IMG/VR virus record: IMGVR_UViG_3300006201_000024 | Direction: 5' to 3' (one strand) | DNA: 56,911 nucleotides | Source of the DNA: a virus | Shown: one piece after another, positions 42,731-51,266 of the stretch | How positions within the stretch are numbered: the stretch's first letter is position 1 | How the letters are laid out: every line of letters begins with the position of its first letter | Program-made: the position numbers and the translations under genes | Notes under the pieces: generated by a model | Databases searched by the model: none | Told to the model about the DNA's origin: nothing | Seen by the model: the letters and a program-made list of their open reading frames with translations, nothing else

Positions 42731-43150
42731 GAATAGTTGTTGATAAAATGCCAACAAAAAGTTCTGAATGTTTATATAAAAAAATATTACAATCAAAATA
42801 TTGACGGCTGGACGTGTGGATTTTTTAATATAGATTTGTGTTGTTTGGAGCGTGGAATGGCGTGCCCATACCTATGTGAATCAAAACAATGTAATAAAAG
42901 GAAATCTGGAATAAAGCTGATTAAAAAGAAAATTCTTCCGCAGTATTTTAAAGAGGTGTGTGCCGAAAACAAACATTTTGAACTGCGGAAAGATGAAGAC
43001 GATGTACAAGTCGGAGACGAACTGATACTTGAAGAATGGGAGCCGGACAAAGGATATACAGGAGATGTTGCATTAAGACCCGTTACATACGTTCTTCGGA
43101 ATATGCCGGAATACGGATTGATGGACGGATACTGCATTATCGGATTTTAG
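42727..43150 (+). CDS. DUF3850 (ASCH/PUA-like) protein with a Cys-rich N-terminus; frameshifted at A7
   Basis: ATG42727 (ATGA-coupled) reads MRIVVDKMPTKSSECLYKK, then stops at 42802; the body is in the +1 frame (YYNQNIDGWTCGF...FELRKDEDDVQVGDELILEE); A6 would fuse them. Confidence 0.6.
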
Positions 43151-43201
43151 GGGTGGCATAGATGGGCTTAATTTCATGGATAAAGGAGAAATTCAAAAAT
43201 G
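43148..43201 (+). repeat. Portal 5' leader unit, copy 1 of 3
   Basis: GGTGG..ATGGGCTTAATTTCATGGATAAAGGAGAAATTCAAAAATG; compare copies at 43405 and 43640. Confidence 0.8.
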
Positions 43202-43408
43202 AATTTATTAGAGCATTATATCAAAGAAGTGTATAGCGTGGAAGATATTACAAAAGAATTTGAGGAAAAAGTGGGGAGAAAACCAGTTGACCCTATGGTA
43301 GAAGTAAAAATGAGGGTGAATTGCTATGGAAGAGAAGATGATACAACACAGATATTCTTTCGTCCAAAATGGGAAGAGGCGCAGAAGCAAGGCTATTATA
43401 TGGCATAG
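43199..43408 (+). CDS. Hypothetical protein
   Basis: 69 aa; starts at the internal SD-ATG of leader copy 1. Confidence 0.55.
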   Translation: MNLLEHYIKEVYSVEDITKEFEEKVGRKPVDPMVEVKMRVNCYGREDDTTQIFFRPKWEEAQKQGYYMA

Positions 43409-43457
43409 GTGATAAATAATGGGTTTAATCGCATGGTTTAAGGAGAAGATAAGAATG
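43405..43457 (+). repeat. Portal 5' leader unit, copy 2 of 3
   Basis: GGTGA..ATGGGTTTAATCGCATGGTTTAAGGAGAAGATAAGAATG. Confidence 0.8.
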
Positions 43458-43631
43458 GATAATAGCAAATTAGTTGAAGAAATAATATCTACTATCAAAA
43501 GTGAGATAGAAAATTCAAATCAAGTAGAATATAGGTGCAGTAATGGCCATACCATTTTTACGGATGTCGGATATGTAGAAGAGTGGTTTGAAGAGTACAA
43601 GGATATTCTTAGAGAAAGATACTGCAAATAA
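43419..43631 (+). CDS. Hypothetical protein (start at ATG43419 or the internal ATG43455)
   Basis: MGLIAWFKEKIRMDNSKLVEE...; zinc-ribbon-like CSNGH. Confidence 0.55.
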   Translation: MGLIAWFKEKIRMDNSKLVEEIISTIKSEIENSNQVEYRCSNGHTIFTDVGYVEEWFEEYKDILRERYCK

Positions 43632-43639
43632 ATGGTTTA

Positions 43640-43691
43640 CAAGGTGAAATGAATGGGTTTATTTACTTGGATTAAGGAGAAGTTGAGAATG
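43640..43691 (+). repeat. Portal 5' leader unit, copy 3 of 3
   Basis: GGTGA..ATGGGTTTATTTACTTGGATTAAGGAGAAGTTGAGAATG. Confidence 0.8.
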
Positions 43692-45125
43692 TTATTTAAA
43701 ACGGACGCTGAAAAGGCTTTCGGCGTGGAAACGTACCTGTCGCCGGAAATGGACGCTGCTATTAAGCTGTGGCAGCAGTTGGAGAACGGAAAGCCGCCGT
43801 GGGTAAAGGGCGACACCCGGACAATCCGCTTTTCAAACACTGTTGCCCGGGAACTGGCTAAGCTGATTACACAGAATATTGACATCAAGGTACAGGCCAA
43901 GTACGGAACCGGGGAAACTGCCAAGAGAATCCAGAAATCCATTGATGATTGCTTCCTAAAGAATGCCCAGGAAAACATAGAAAAGGTTATTCGGCTTGGC
44001 GGTGTGATGGCAAAGTGGAACGGTGATGGCATGGACTACATACCGCCGGACAGATTCCTTGTGACTGAATTTGACAGCAATGGAAATGTTACCGGAGTAA
44101 TATTCTTCTCTTTTCACCAAAAAGGAAAGAAATTCTATACCCGTGCAGAGTGGCACAGGCATGAAGGTACAGCAATGCACTTGAATGAAGACGGAACCGC
44201 AACGCCCGTTAGTCTGTACCGGGTATCAAACAAGGCCTTTGTGTCTGATGCTCAAGACCAGATAGGACATGAAATTTCCCTAAAAAACACAAAGTGGGCG
44301 GATATTGTTCCAGAGTTTACAGCAGAGAACCTTGAAAAGCCTTTATTCGTGTACATAAAGAACCCATACAGCAACACCATAGACCCAGACAGCCCATTGG
44401 GGGTATCATGCTTTTCGGAGTGCATAGAGGAATTACGTTGGCTTGATATCGCCATGTCCACGTTGGGAGTAGAAACAGAGGATTCCGAGCCGAAAATGAT
44501 TGTAGGGCAGTCTGCGATACAGTATGCAGAAGCAAACGGAATTGAACTTCCTAGAATGGTACTCAAGACTGGACTGGACGATATGACAGATAAGCCATTT
44601 GAGCAGTGGCAGCCGACACTCCAAGTTGCGAGCCGGACAGAGGGAATAAATTTCCTTCTCTCTATCATTTCTTACAAAACGGGCTTTGACCCTGGTTATT
44701 TTGTATTTAACGGTCAGACAATATCCGTTGCCACTGCTACCCAGGTAGAAGCAACAGAGCGGCGAACAATTAACACAGTGGGAGATTACCGGGACATTCT
44801 ATCATGCCCTGACAGCAACGGGGACGGGCGTATAGGGGCGATTCATGATATAGCCTATATAATGGACGCTATGGCCGTTATCAACGGAGAATCAGCTCCT
44901 AGTGAGTTTGGGAACTATGAAATATATGCTGACTTTGCAGACCTCACGAGAAACGCAGAGGAAGACCGGTCAAGGGCGTTGCTGCTGACAGATAAGGGCT
45001 TTTATCCTAAGTGGTATTATCTGGTGCATAATGAAGGGTTCACGGAAGAAGAGGCGCGGGCTATTGTGGCAGAAGCCAAGAGCGAGAATGAGCTGCAGGA
45101 AAGTGGATTATTTGGAGGAGAGTAA
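43653..45125 (+). CDS. Portal protein (SPP1 gp6-like)
   Basis: 490 aa; position after the terminase genes; the start may be the internal ATG43689, which follows AAGGAGAA. Confidence 0.8.
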   Translation: MGLFTWIKEKLRMLFKTDAEKAFGVETYLSPEMDAAIKLWQQLENGKPPWVKGDTRTIRFSNTVARELAKLITQNIDIKVQAKYGTGETAKRIQKSIDDCFLKNAQENIEKVIRLGGVMAKWNGDGMDYIPPDRFLVTEFDSNGNVTGVIFFSFHQKGKKFYTRAEWHRHEGTAMHLNEDGTATPVSLYRVSNKAFVSDAQDQIGHEISLKNTKWADIVPEFTAENLEKPLFVYIKNPYSNTIDPDSPLGVSCFSECIEELRWLDIAMSTLGVETEDSEPKMIVGQSAIQYAEANGIELPRMVLKTGLDDMTDKPFEQWQPTLQVASRTEGINFLLSIISYKTGFDPGYFVFNGQTISVATATQVEATERRTINTVGDYRDILSCPDSNGDGRIGAIHDIAYIMDAMAVINGESAPSEFGNYEIYADFADLTRNAEEDRSRALLLTDKGFYPKWYYLVHNEGFTEEEARAIVAEAKSENELQESGLFGGE

Positions 45126-45129
45126 GAAA

Positions 45130-45426
45130 ATGACAACATTTAAAAAAGGCGATATTGTAATCTGTAAAAAGCATGAAATTTCACAAAAACTTGTATGTGA
45201 CGCAAACGGAATGAGGATTGAAAATTATATTGACGATTATTTTTTCAATCGCGAAGCTTTTATTGAGTATACATACAAGGAGTGCATGGAAGAACATTTT
45301 AGAAATGATATACACGAAGAATTTGAAGATAAGGACGAGTATAGCATAAGATTTTTGGACAATAACACAACCCTTGCATGGGTAGAAGCAGATGAACTTG
45401 TGCCAAAAGTCCCTATGATAACTTAA
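45130..45426 (+). CDS. Hypothetical protein
   Basis: 98 aa from ATG45130. Confidence 0.5.
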   Translation: MTTFKKGDIVICKKHEISQKLVCDANGMRIENYIDDYFFNREAFIEYTYKECMEEHFRNDIHEEFEDKDEYSIRFLDNNTTLAWVEADELVPKVPMIT

Positions 45427-45491
45427 TAAATCTTATCCAAAGCGCAAGAAAGAATGAGCCGAAAGAGGGGTTGTTTGGGGAGGAATAGGGA

Positions 45492-45707
45492 ATGACATTA
45501 CAAGAAATGGTAGATAAAATTATAGAATCATGGACACAGATTGCAGAGCAGATAGAAAAATTGGAAGAAGCATTACGAAAATCCTTTGAAAAAGTTGAGG
45601 AACATGAGCGGATTCTGCGCCGACCGCCAAAATGGTACGCTAAAGCCAATAATCCTGCTGTGATTGTAAGTAGGCGCAGGGTGTATCATTGCAGGGATAA
45701 GTGTTAG
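45492..45707 (+). CDS. Hypothetical protein
   Basis: 71 aa; SD GGGAGGAATAGGG. Confidence 0.5.
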   Translation: MTLQEMVDKIIESWTQIAEQIEKLEEALRKSFEKVEEHERILRRPPKWYAKANNPAVIVSRRRVYHCRDKC

Positions 45708-45719
45708 GAGGAATGGAAA

Positions 45720-45890
45720 ATGGATAATTTGAACAGTTGCTATGATTGCATTTGGCACAGAAATGACGAGTGCCATTTACACAGAACAGAGACTGGAATT
45801 CCAGAGACAGTTTATGACGAACCTACGGATTGCAAAGACTATGAAGAGGAGCGGTTTTATGAGAATCAGACAGCACATAGGGAATGTTGA
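45720..45890 (+). CDS. Hypothetical Cys-rich small protein (56 aa)
   Basis: TAGGAGGAA upstream; CYDCIW..EC. Confidence 0.4.
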   Translation: MDNLNSCYDCIWHRNDECHLHRTETGIPETVYDEPTDCKDYEEERFYENQTAHREC

Positions 45891-45904
45891 AAGGGCGTGA
45901 TGAT

Positions 45905-46408
45905 ATGGCAATTGGCAAGAATTATTTCAGAAACTTATTCAAAAAACTGAATATTAAAGTTAATGAGGGCGGCGTGTCCGTAAACATCAATATGACACGC
46001 TTCGGAATCAAGTTGGATAAGGCACAGAACGCACTTGACAACGAATTTCTCACAAGAATGATACAGCACGTTCCGGGGGAAGATGGCGGCGCATTACGAG
46101 CGGATATAAAGGCATTTAACGAAACAAACGGAGAGCGTGGCGTTATATATGCCTATAACCCAAATGGCGTACCATACGGACATTATCAGCATACAGGAAT
46201 AATGTATGCAGACCCCAAGACCGGGAAAGGTTCTTTCTATACGCCGGAATATGGTCATTGGAGCAGACCGGGAGTGGAGAAAGTGCCAACCACACGCCTA
46301 TTGCATTATCAAAACCCGGATGCTGTGCGTGATTGGGCGAGATACACAGCAGAGCATGAGAAACAGCCGATTGTTGAAGCGGCGAAGAATGGATTTAAAA
46401 AGGAGTAG
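45905..46408 (+). CDS. Hypothetical head-module protein
   Basis: 167 aa; position between the portal and MuF-like genes. Confidence 0.5.
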   Translation: MAIGKNYFRNLFKKLNIKVNEGGVSVNINMTRFGIKLDKAQNALDNEFLTRMIQHVPGEDGGALRADIKAFNETNGERGVIYAYNPNGVPYGHYQHTGIMYADPKTGKGSFYTPEYGHWSRPGVEKVPTTRLLHYQNPDAVRDWARYTAEHEKQPIVEAAKNGFKKE

Positions 46409-46412
46409 GGAT

Positions 46413-46607
46413 ATGGTTTTAGCATTTACGGAGGAACAGAAAAAAGAGATTGAAGCAAGGGGAATGACGGCGATACAGACAAAGTTGGTTCTTCATAGAT
46501 TTGTTAAGGCGATAAAGCCGGTTTTTGATGAGGTTTGGGATATGTGTAAAAATATGAGCAAAGAGCAGATAGAACAATTCCTAAAGCCTGATGAGGAAGA
46601 AAGCTGA
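46413..46607 (+). CDS. Hypothetical protein
   Basis: AAAAAGGAG plus ATG46413; 64 aa. Confidence 0.5.
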   Translation: MVLAFTEEQKKEIEARGMTAIQTKLVLHRFVKAIKPVFDEVWDMCKNMSKEQIEQFLKPDEEES

Positions 46608-47884
46608 TGTTTACCCCGGAATATTTGAATGAATTGGTAGAAAGTAGTCACGCCGCCGCATCTGAATTTAATATGTATCTGACAAATAAGGTCATTGATT
46701 CTATAGTCAATCTCTTTGAATCAGAAGGCGAAATTAAGATTATTCCGTCCAATGTGCAAAGATTAAAGCTGTTAAATGAACAATCCGGCATATTGGCATC
46801 TGACATTGAAAAGGAAATCAGAAAGCGTTTGCCGGGTGTTGAAAAGAAAATCCGAGAAGCATTTTTGCAAGCCGGATATGAAATCAACGAGGACATCAAT
46901 AAATCCGTTGACGATATGGTGGAATCTAACAAGGAATTAAAGTCATTTGTCGGAAAAGCCCCGCGCCTTGAACATCTGACAGAGAGCGAAAAGAAGCTGT
47001 TGGATGCGGCATATAAGCGGACAAGCGGAGAGATACGGAATCTTACAAGGACGACAGCGGCAGACCTTAATCAGCAATTTAATAAATCTTGTGATGCGGC
47101 ATGGTGGAAAGCCACGCATGGTGTTGATAGAAACACAGCCATAAGAGAAGCTATAACCGAAGTATCGAAATATGGAACGCATGTTGTGTATAAAAGTGGG
47201 CGCAAAATGACCGTTGAAGCCGCTACGAGAATGTGTGTGTTGACCGGAATCAATCAGGCAAATGCAGAAATAACGCTGACAGAATGCGCCAATGCAGGAT
47301 TACGAACAGTTCTTGTGAGTAGCCATATAGGAGCGAGATATACAGACCATGACGAACCAGCAAATCATCAATCATGGCAGGGAAAAATATATTCTATATC
47401 TGATTCACTGTTAGAAAAAATGGGGTATGAAGAGCCTAAAAAGAACCTTTGGGGAAAAGTAAAAGAATTTTTTCAAAAGTTCCGAAAACAGAAAAAATAC
47501 CCTGATTTGGTGGAAGTTACCGGATACGGAACGGTTAAGGGGTTATGCGGCGCAAATTGCCGCCATACAATGCATATGCACTATCCCGGAAACAGCAACC
47601 CATACAAGGACTATGACAATGAGGAAAACAGGCAGAAATATGACTTATTCCAGAAACAGCGAGCAATGGAGCGGCGCATTAGAGATACTAAGAAGCGAAT
47701 GTATAATATTAAGCACTCTATCAAAATTCTGCATGATGAAAACGCTATTTCTGCTATGAAAGAGGAGTTATCAGAAGTTAAAGCGTTGTTTGATAGGCAG
47801 TTTGGGGAGTATGAGAGTTTTTGTAAACAAAACGGATTGCATATCGACCAAGAGCGGCTATATGTGGGAAATCAGAAGCAATGA
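46607..47884 (+). CDS. Head morphogenesis/minor capsid protein (SPP1 gp7/MuF-like)
   Basis: 425 aa; LCGANCRHTMHMHYPG block; position downstream of the portal gene. Confidence 0.7.
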   Translation: MFTPEYLNELVESSHAAASEFNMYLTNKVIDSIVNLFESEGEIKIIPSNVQRLKLLNEQSGILASDIEKEIRKRLPGVEKKIREAFLQAGYEINEDINKSVDDMVESNKELKSFVGKAPRLEHLTESEKKLLDAAYKRTSGEIRNLTRTTAADLNQQFNKSCDAAWWKATHGVDRNTAIREAITEVSKYGTHVVYKSGRKMTVEAATRMCVLTGINQANAEITLTECANAGLRTVLVSSHIGARYTDHDEPANHQSWQGKIYSISDSLLEKMGYEEPKKNLWGKVKEFFQKFRKQKKYPDLVEVTGYGTVKGLCGANCRHTMHMHYPGNSNPYKDYDNEENRQKYDLFQKQRAMERRIRDTKKRMYNIKHSIKILHDENAISAMKEELSEVKALFDRQFGEYESFCKQNGLHIDQERLYVGNQKQ

Positions 47885-47974
47885 CCGCATAAAGGTAGCT
47901 GATTTCGGCAGGGAGCAGGCAAAGCAAGCGAATCAGGGCGCAAGGAGATATAAAAACGAAAAGGAGTAATAGGA

Positions 47975-48178
47975 ATGAAACAAAAAGAAACTGTACCAAT
48001 TCCACAAAAGATTCTTTTGACAATAAAAGAAGCGGCAGAGTATAGCGGAATAAGTGAAAGAGCTTTGCGAGACAGACTTTCAGAAGGAGAATACAATTTT
48101 GTTTTAAAAAACGGAACAAAGACGCTAATCAAAAGAAGGTTGTTTGAAAAGTATTTAGAAAGCGTGGACGCGATATAG
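47975..48178 (+). CDS. xis: Excisionase-family DNA-binding protein
   Basis: LLTIKEAAEYSGISERALRDRL (HTH_17-type); directly upstream of the integrase. Confidence 0.8.
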   Translation: MKQKETVPIPQKILLTIKEAAEYSGISERALRDRLSEGEYNFVLKNGTKTLIKRRLFEKYLESVDAI

Positions 48179-48279
48179 TTGCATAGGCTTGCATAACTTT
48201 GCATTTTTATTGAAAAAGGGTGTTGTTTGTGGTATATTTATTCTGCTTGCAATGCTCTTTTTGTATAGAAGGGAGCAGT

Positions 48280-49497
48280 ATGGTACGGAGAAAAGACAAT
48301 AAAGGGCGCGTATTAAATGATGGGGAAACGCAGGGAAAGGACGGTAGATATAGATACCAATACACAAATATGCTAGGGGAAAGAAAGGCTATATACAGTT
48401 GGAAGCTTTTGCCGTCTGACAAAACGCCAAGCGGAAAGCGCAAGGATTTATCACTTCGGGAAAAAGAAAAGCAGATAGCAGAGGATCTAAGCAGCGGTAT
48501 TGTGCCTTGTGGTGGGAATATGACCGTTCTCGAACTTGTCGAAAAATATATATCCCAAAAAACAGGGGTGCGGCATAATACACGGGCAAATTATAATTTT
48601 GTTATCAACATCATAAAAAAGGAGGAATTTGGGGCAAAGCGTATTGACAAAGTTAAACTGTCCGATGCTAAAGCGTGGCTGATTAAATTACAGGCTGACG
48701 GAAGAGGCTACAGTTCTATACATTCTATTCGTAGCGTTGTCCGTCCTGCATTCCAGATGGCGGTTGACGATGATTTGCTTTTGAAAAATCCGTTTGAGTT
48801 CCAACTTGCTACGGTAGTAGTTAATGATTCTGTTACAAGAGAGGCAATCACGAGAAAGCAGGAGCGACAATTCTTAGAATTTGTAAAGAATGACAAGCAT
48901 TTCTGTAAATACTACGAGGGAATTTTCATTCTTTTCAATACTGGCATGAGGATTTCTGAATTTGTTGGTTTGACAGTATCAGATATTGATTTTGATAGCC
49001 GAAAAATCACCATAGATCACCAGTTGCAGCGAACAAGGGATATGCAGTATGTGATTGAAGATACAAAGACCTTATGCGGCACAAGGGAAATTCCTATGGC
49101 AGATGAAGTGTATGAGTGTTTTAAAAAGATCATAAAAAATCGTAAGAAACCGAAGATCGAACCTATGGTTGGAGGAAGAAGCGGGTTCCTCTATCTTGAC
49201 AAAAACAATATGCCAATGGTCGCTCTGCACTGGGAGAAATACTTTCAGCATATTCGAGAGAAGTATAACAGCATTTACAAAGTACAAATGCCGAAAGTAA
49301 CCCCTCACGTTTGTCGGCACACGTTCTGTAGCAACATGGCAAAGTCTGGCATGAATCCCAAAACCCTGCAATACATCATGGGACATAGCGATATAGGGGT
49401 AACGCTGAATACATACACTCATGTGCAATATGAGGACGCAAAGAAAGAAATGAGCGAGATATGTGAGTTAAAATTAAAGCGAATCTCTGCCATGTAA
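48280..49497 (+). CDS. int: Tyrosine integrase, Tn916/Tn1545 Int-like
   Basis: N-terminus RKDNKGRVLNDGETQGKDGRYRYQY (arm-binding domain); TGMRISE, HVCRHTF, GHSDIGVTLNTYTH catalytic blocks. Confidence 0.9.
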   Translation: MVRRKDNKGRVLNDGETQGKDGRYRYQYTNMLGERKAIYSWKLLPSDKTPSGKRKDLSLREKEKQIAEDLSSGIVPCGGNMTVLELVEKYISQKTGVRHNTRANYNFVINIIKKEEFGAKRIDKVKLSDAKAWLIKLQADGRGYSSIHSIRSVVRPAFQMAVDDDLLLKNPFEFQLATVVVNDSVTREAITRKQERQFLEFVKNDKHFCKYYEGIFILFNTGMRISEFVGLTVSDIDFDSRKITIDHQLQRTRDMQYVIEDTKTLCGTREIPMADEVYECFKKIIKNRKKPKIEPMVGGRSGFLYLDKNNMPMVALHWEKYFQHIREKYNSIYKVQMPKVTPHVCRHTFCSNMAKSGMNPKTLQYIMGHSDIGVTLNTYTHVQYEDAKKEMSEICELKLKRISAM

Positions 49498-49516
49498 CTG
49501 TATTTATTTACAGGTA

Positions 49517-49800
49517 TTTGACTTGAGTTATAAATTTTGAATTTAACTCAATTTATAACTCAAATTCATACAAAACTATGCAGATTTATGCAGAAATATG
49601 CAGAAAAACAAGAAAATAGAAAGGACAAGAAAATGCTAACAAACGACGAGAATACAGCATTTTCAATGGTTTTAGCAACATGATTAAAATATTATTCGTT
49701 TGTCACGGCAATATATGTATTTATTGATTAAAGCATTGATTTTACCGTATTTTGAGTATTATCTTTATTAAATTTAACTCAAGTTTAACTCAAATTATAT
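49517..49800. other. attP region
   Basis: TTTAACTCAA/TTATAACTCAA repeats at 49541-49566 and 49772-49795, plus inverted TTGAGTTATAA at 49523; 3x TATGCAGA at 10-bp phase (49577-49604); host-gene-like ATGATTAAAATATTATTCGTTTGTCACGGCAATATATGT at 49680-49718. Confidence 0.7.
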
Positions 49801-49871
49801 TTAATTACAGAACAAGCATTGCAAGCTCAAAAATATTTCTATAAGAATTTCACATTAAAGTTTATGAATAA

Positions 49872-49905
49872 TTGGTACAACCCCCGCCCGAATCTGTTGT
49901 AAAAT
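49872..49905 (+). promoter_or_regulatory. Dispersed phage promoter-like motif, copy 6
   Basis: TTGGTACAA (49872-49880), 19 nt, TGTAAAAT (-10 at 49900-49905). Confidence 0.55.
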
Positions 49906-49925
49906 TGAGGTAGGAGGTAGGGAAG

Positions 49926-50213
49926 ATGAAGAACATTGATAGATATTTAAGCCGTGCAGAGGAAATATTTCAAAGCGCATATAGTGACGGTTACACGGAC
50001 GGACACAACAAAGCAAAGGAAAAATACGGGCAGTCAAGGGGAATAGCACATTGCCATAGGGCAAAGCCGGAAGAAATCGACAAGCACGGTATTGACCTTT
50101 GGGGTTGGTGCGATTGCGGAAAGCCAATAATAGGACGATGGGCGGGACTTGCTAACTTCTGTCCGTGGTGCGGAAAGGTAATTGAGTGGAAAAAAGATGA
50201 ACAGATGGATTGA
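49926..50213 (+). CDS. Hypothetical zinc-ribbon protein
   Basis: 95 aa; SD GGAGGTAGGGAAG; CDCG....CPWCG. Confidence 0.6.
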   Translation: MKNIDRYLSRAEEIFQSAYSDGYTDGHNKAKEKYGQSRGIAHCHRAKPEEIDKHGIDLWGWCDCGKPIIGRWAGLANFCPWCGKVIEWKKDEQMD

Positions 50214-50263
50214 ATACAACCCGAACCCACGTTCAAGGCGTGTCTGACAAGAAAGGAGATAAC

Positions 50264-50545
50264 ATGATAGTAGCTGAATTTGGAAAAGGAAACGTGCTGA
50301 TTACGCCGTCTGTAAATGAAAGTTTTGAAAAAGGGTGTATTATCCTACAGAACGGAAAAGGAACGGGCGTAGTCGGCGGCGAAAAGTCAACAGAAAATTT
50401 TTTTGTCAGTGAGGAAGATATTGTACTCACGTTTGAGAATACCGCAAGTGTCGATGTGGTAATCCGAAATCTTGAAAAGCTGAAAAAGATGATGAATGGG
50501 GAAGTAGAAGGTTGCCGCATGATTGAGGATAGTTTGTATGAATAG
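50264..50545 (+). CDS. Hypothetical protein
   Basis: GAAAGGAG plus ATG50264; bracketed by duplicated 5' fragments of the next gene. Confidence 0.55.
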   Translation: MIVAEFGKGNVLITPSVNESFEKGCIILQNGKGTGVVGGEKSTENFFVSEEDIVLTFENTASVDVVIRNLEKLKKMMNGEVEGCRMIEDSLYE

Positions 50546-50906
50546 GTGGGTGCAATATAACCCAAACCCCAAGGAAAGACGTGTCGGCGACTGCGCCATT
50601 CGTGCGTGTTGCAAGGCTACGGGGCGCACATGGAATGAAGTCTTTGACGACCTTGTACAGATTGCATACAGGCAAAAGGACGTTCTGTCGTCCAACAAGG
50701 TATGGAGAGAATATCTAGAAGACAACGGATATGTGCGCTATGAGCCAGATTATCCTATGGACGTTTACAAATTCTGCTGTAACTTTCCACATGGTACATA
50801 CGTTCTTGGGCTTGACGGGCATGTGGTGACGGTGGTGGATGGAATGTTTTACGATACGTGGGATTCGTCTGGAAAGAGTGTTATTTATTTTTGGGAGAGG
50901 GGATAA
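50538..50906 (+). CDS. Conserved phage protein with a papain-like Cys/His pattern
   Basis: YNPNPKERRVGDCAIRA ... GHVVTVVDGMFYDTWDS; fold assignment is inference. Confidence 0.5.
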   Translation: MNRWVQYNPNPKERRVGDCAIRACCKATGRTWNEVFDDLVQIAYRQKDVLSSNKVWREYLEDNGYVRYEPDYPMDVYKFCCNFPHGTYVLGLDGHVVTVVDGMFYDTWDSSGKSVIYFWERG

Positions 50907-50908
50907 GT

Positions 50909-51124
50909 ATGGCAAGTATATCTACAAGTACGAATTGCAGTGTCAGTTTTTCTGATGAAGAAAAAGAAATACTGCAAAAAGCAAGTGAAATCTGTAAAAA
51001 TATCGGTCGTGAAATATGGCATGATGGAAACGACACAGATGAAGAAGATGAAGCAGCATTTTTCTTTTCTGAAATCGGCGGGAGTATTGAAAATGCTTTA
51101 AAGGGAAATTATTGGGCGCCTTAA
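50909..51124 (+). CDS. Hypothetical acidic protein
   Basis: 71 aa from ATG50909. Confidence 0.5.
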   Translation: MASISTSTNCSVSFSDEEKEILQKASEICKNIGREIWHDGNDTDEEDEAAFFFSEIGGSIENALKGNYWAP

Positions 51125-51127
51125 TTA

Positions 51128-51156
51128 TTGCAACCCCTCCATAAAATTGCTATAAT
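51128..51156 (+). promoter_or_regulatory. Canonical sigma-A promoter (variant of the dispersed motif)
   Basis: TTGCAA (51128-51133), 17 nt, TATAAT (51151-51156); TTGCAACCCCTCC resembles TTGGTACAACCCCCGCC. Confidence 0.65.
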
Positions 51157-51266
51157 GAGGGAAATACAAATTGGGAGAGGGTCGAGCAATAATGAGGGCG
51201 ACCACACAGCGGATATAGTAGTTGCATAAGGGATGAGTCCGTTAATGCATATTGGAGGATTTGGGA

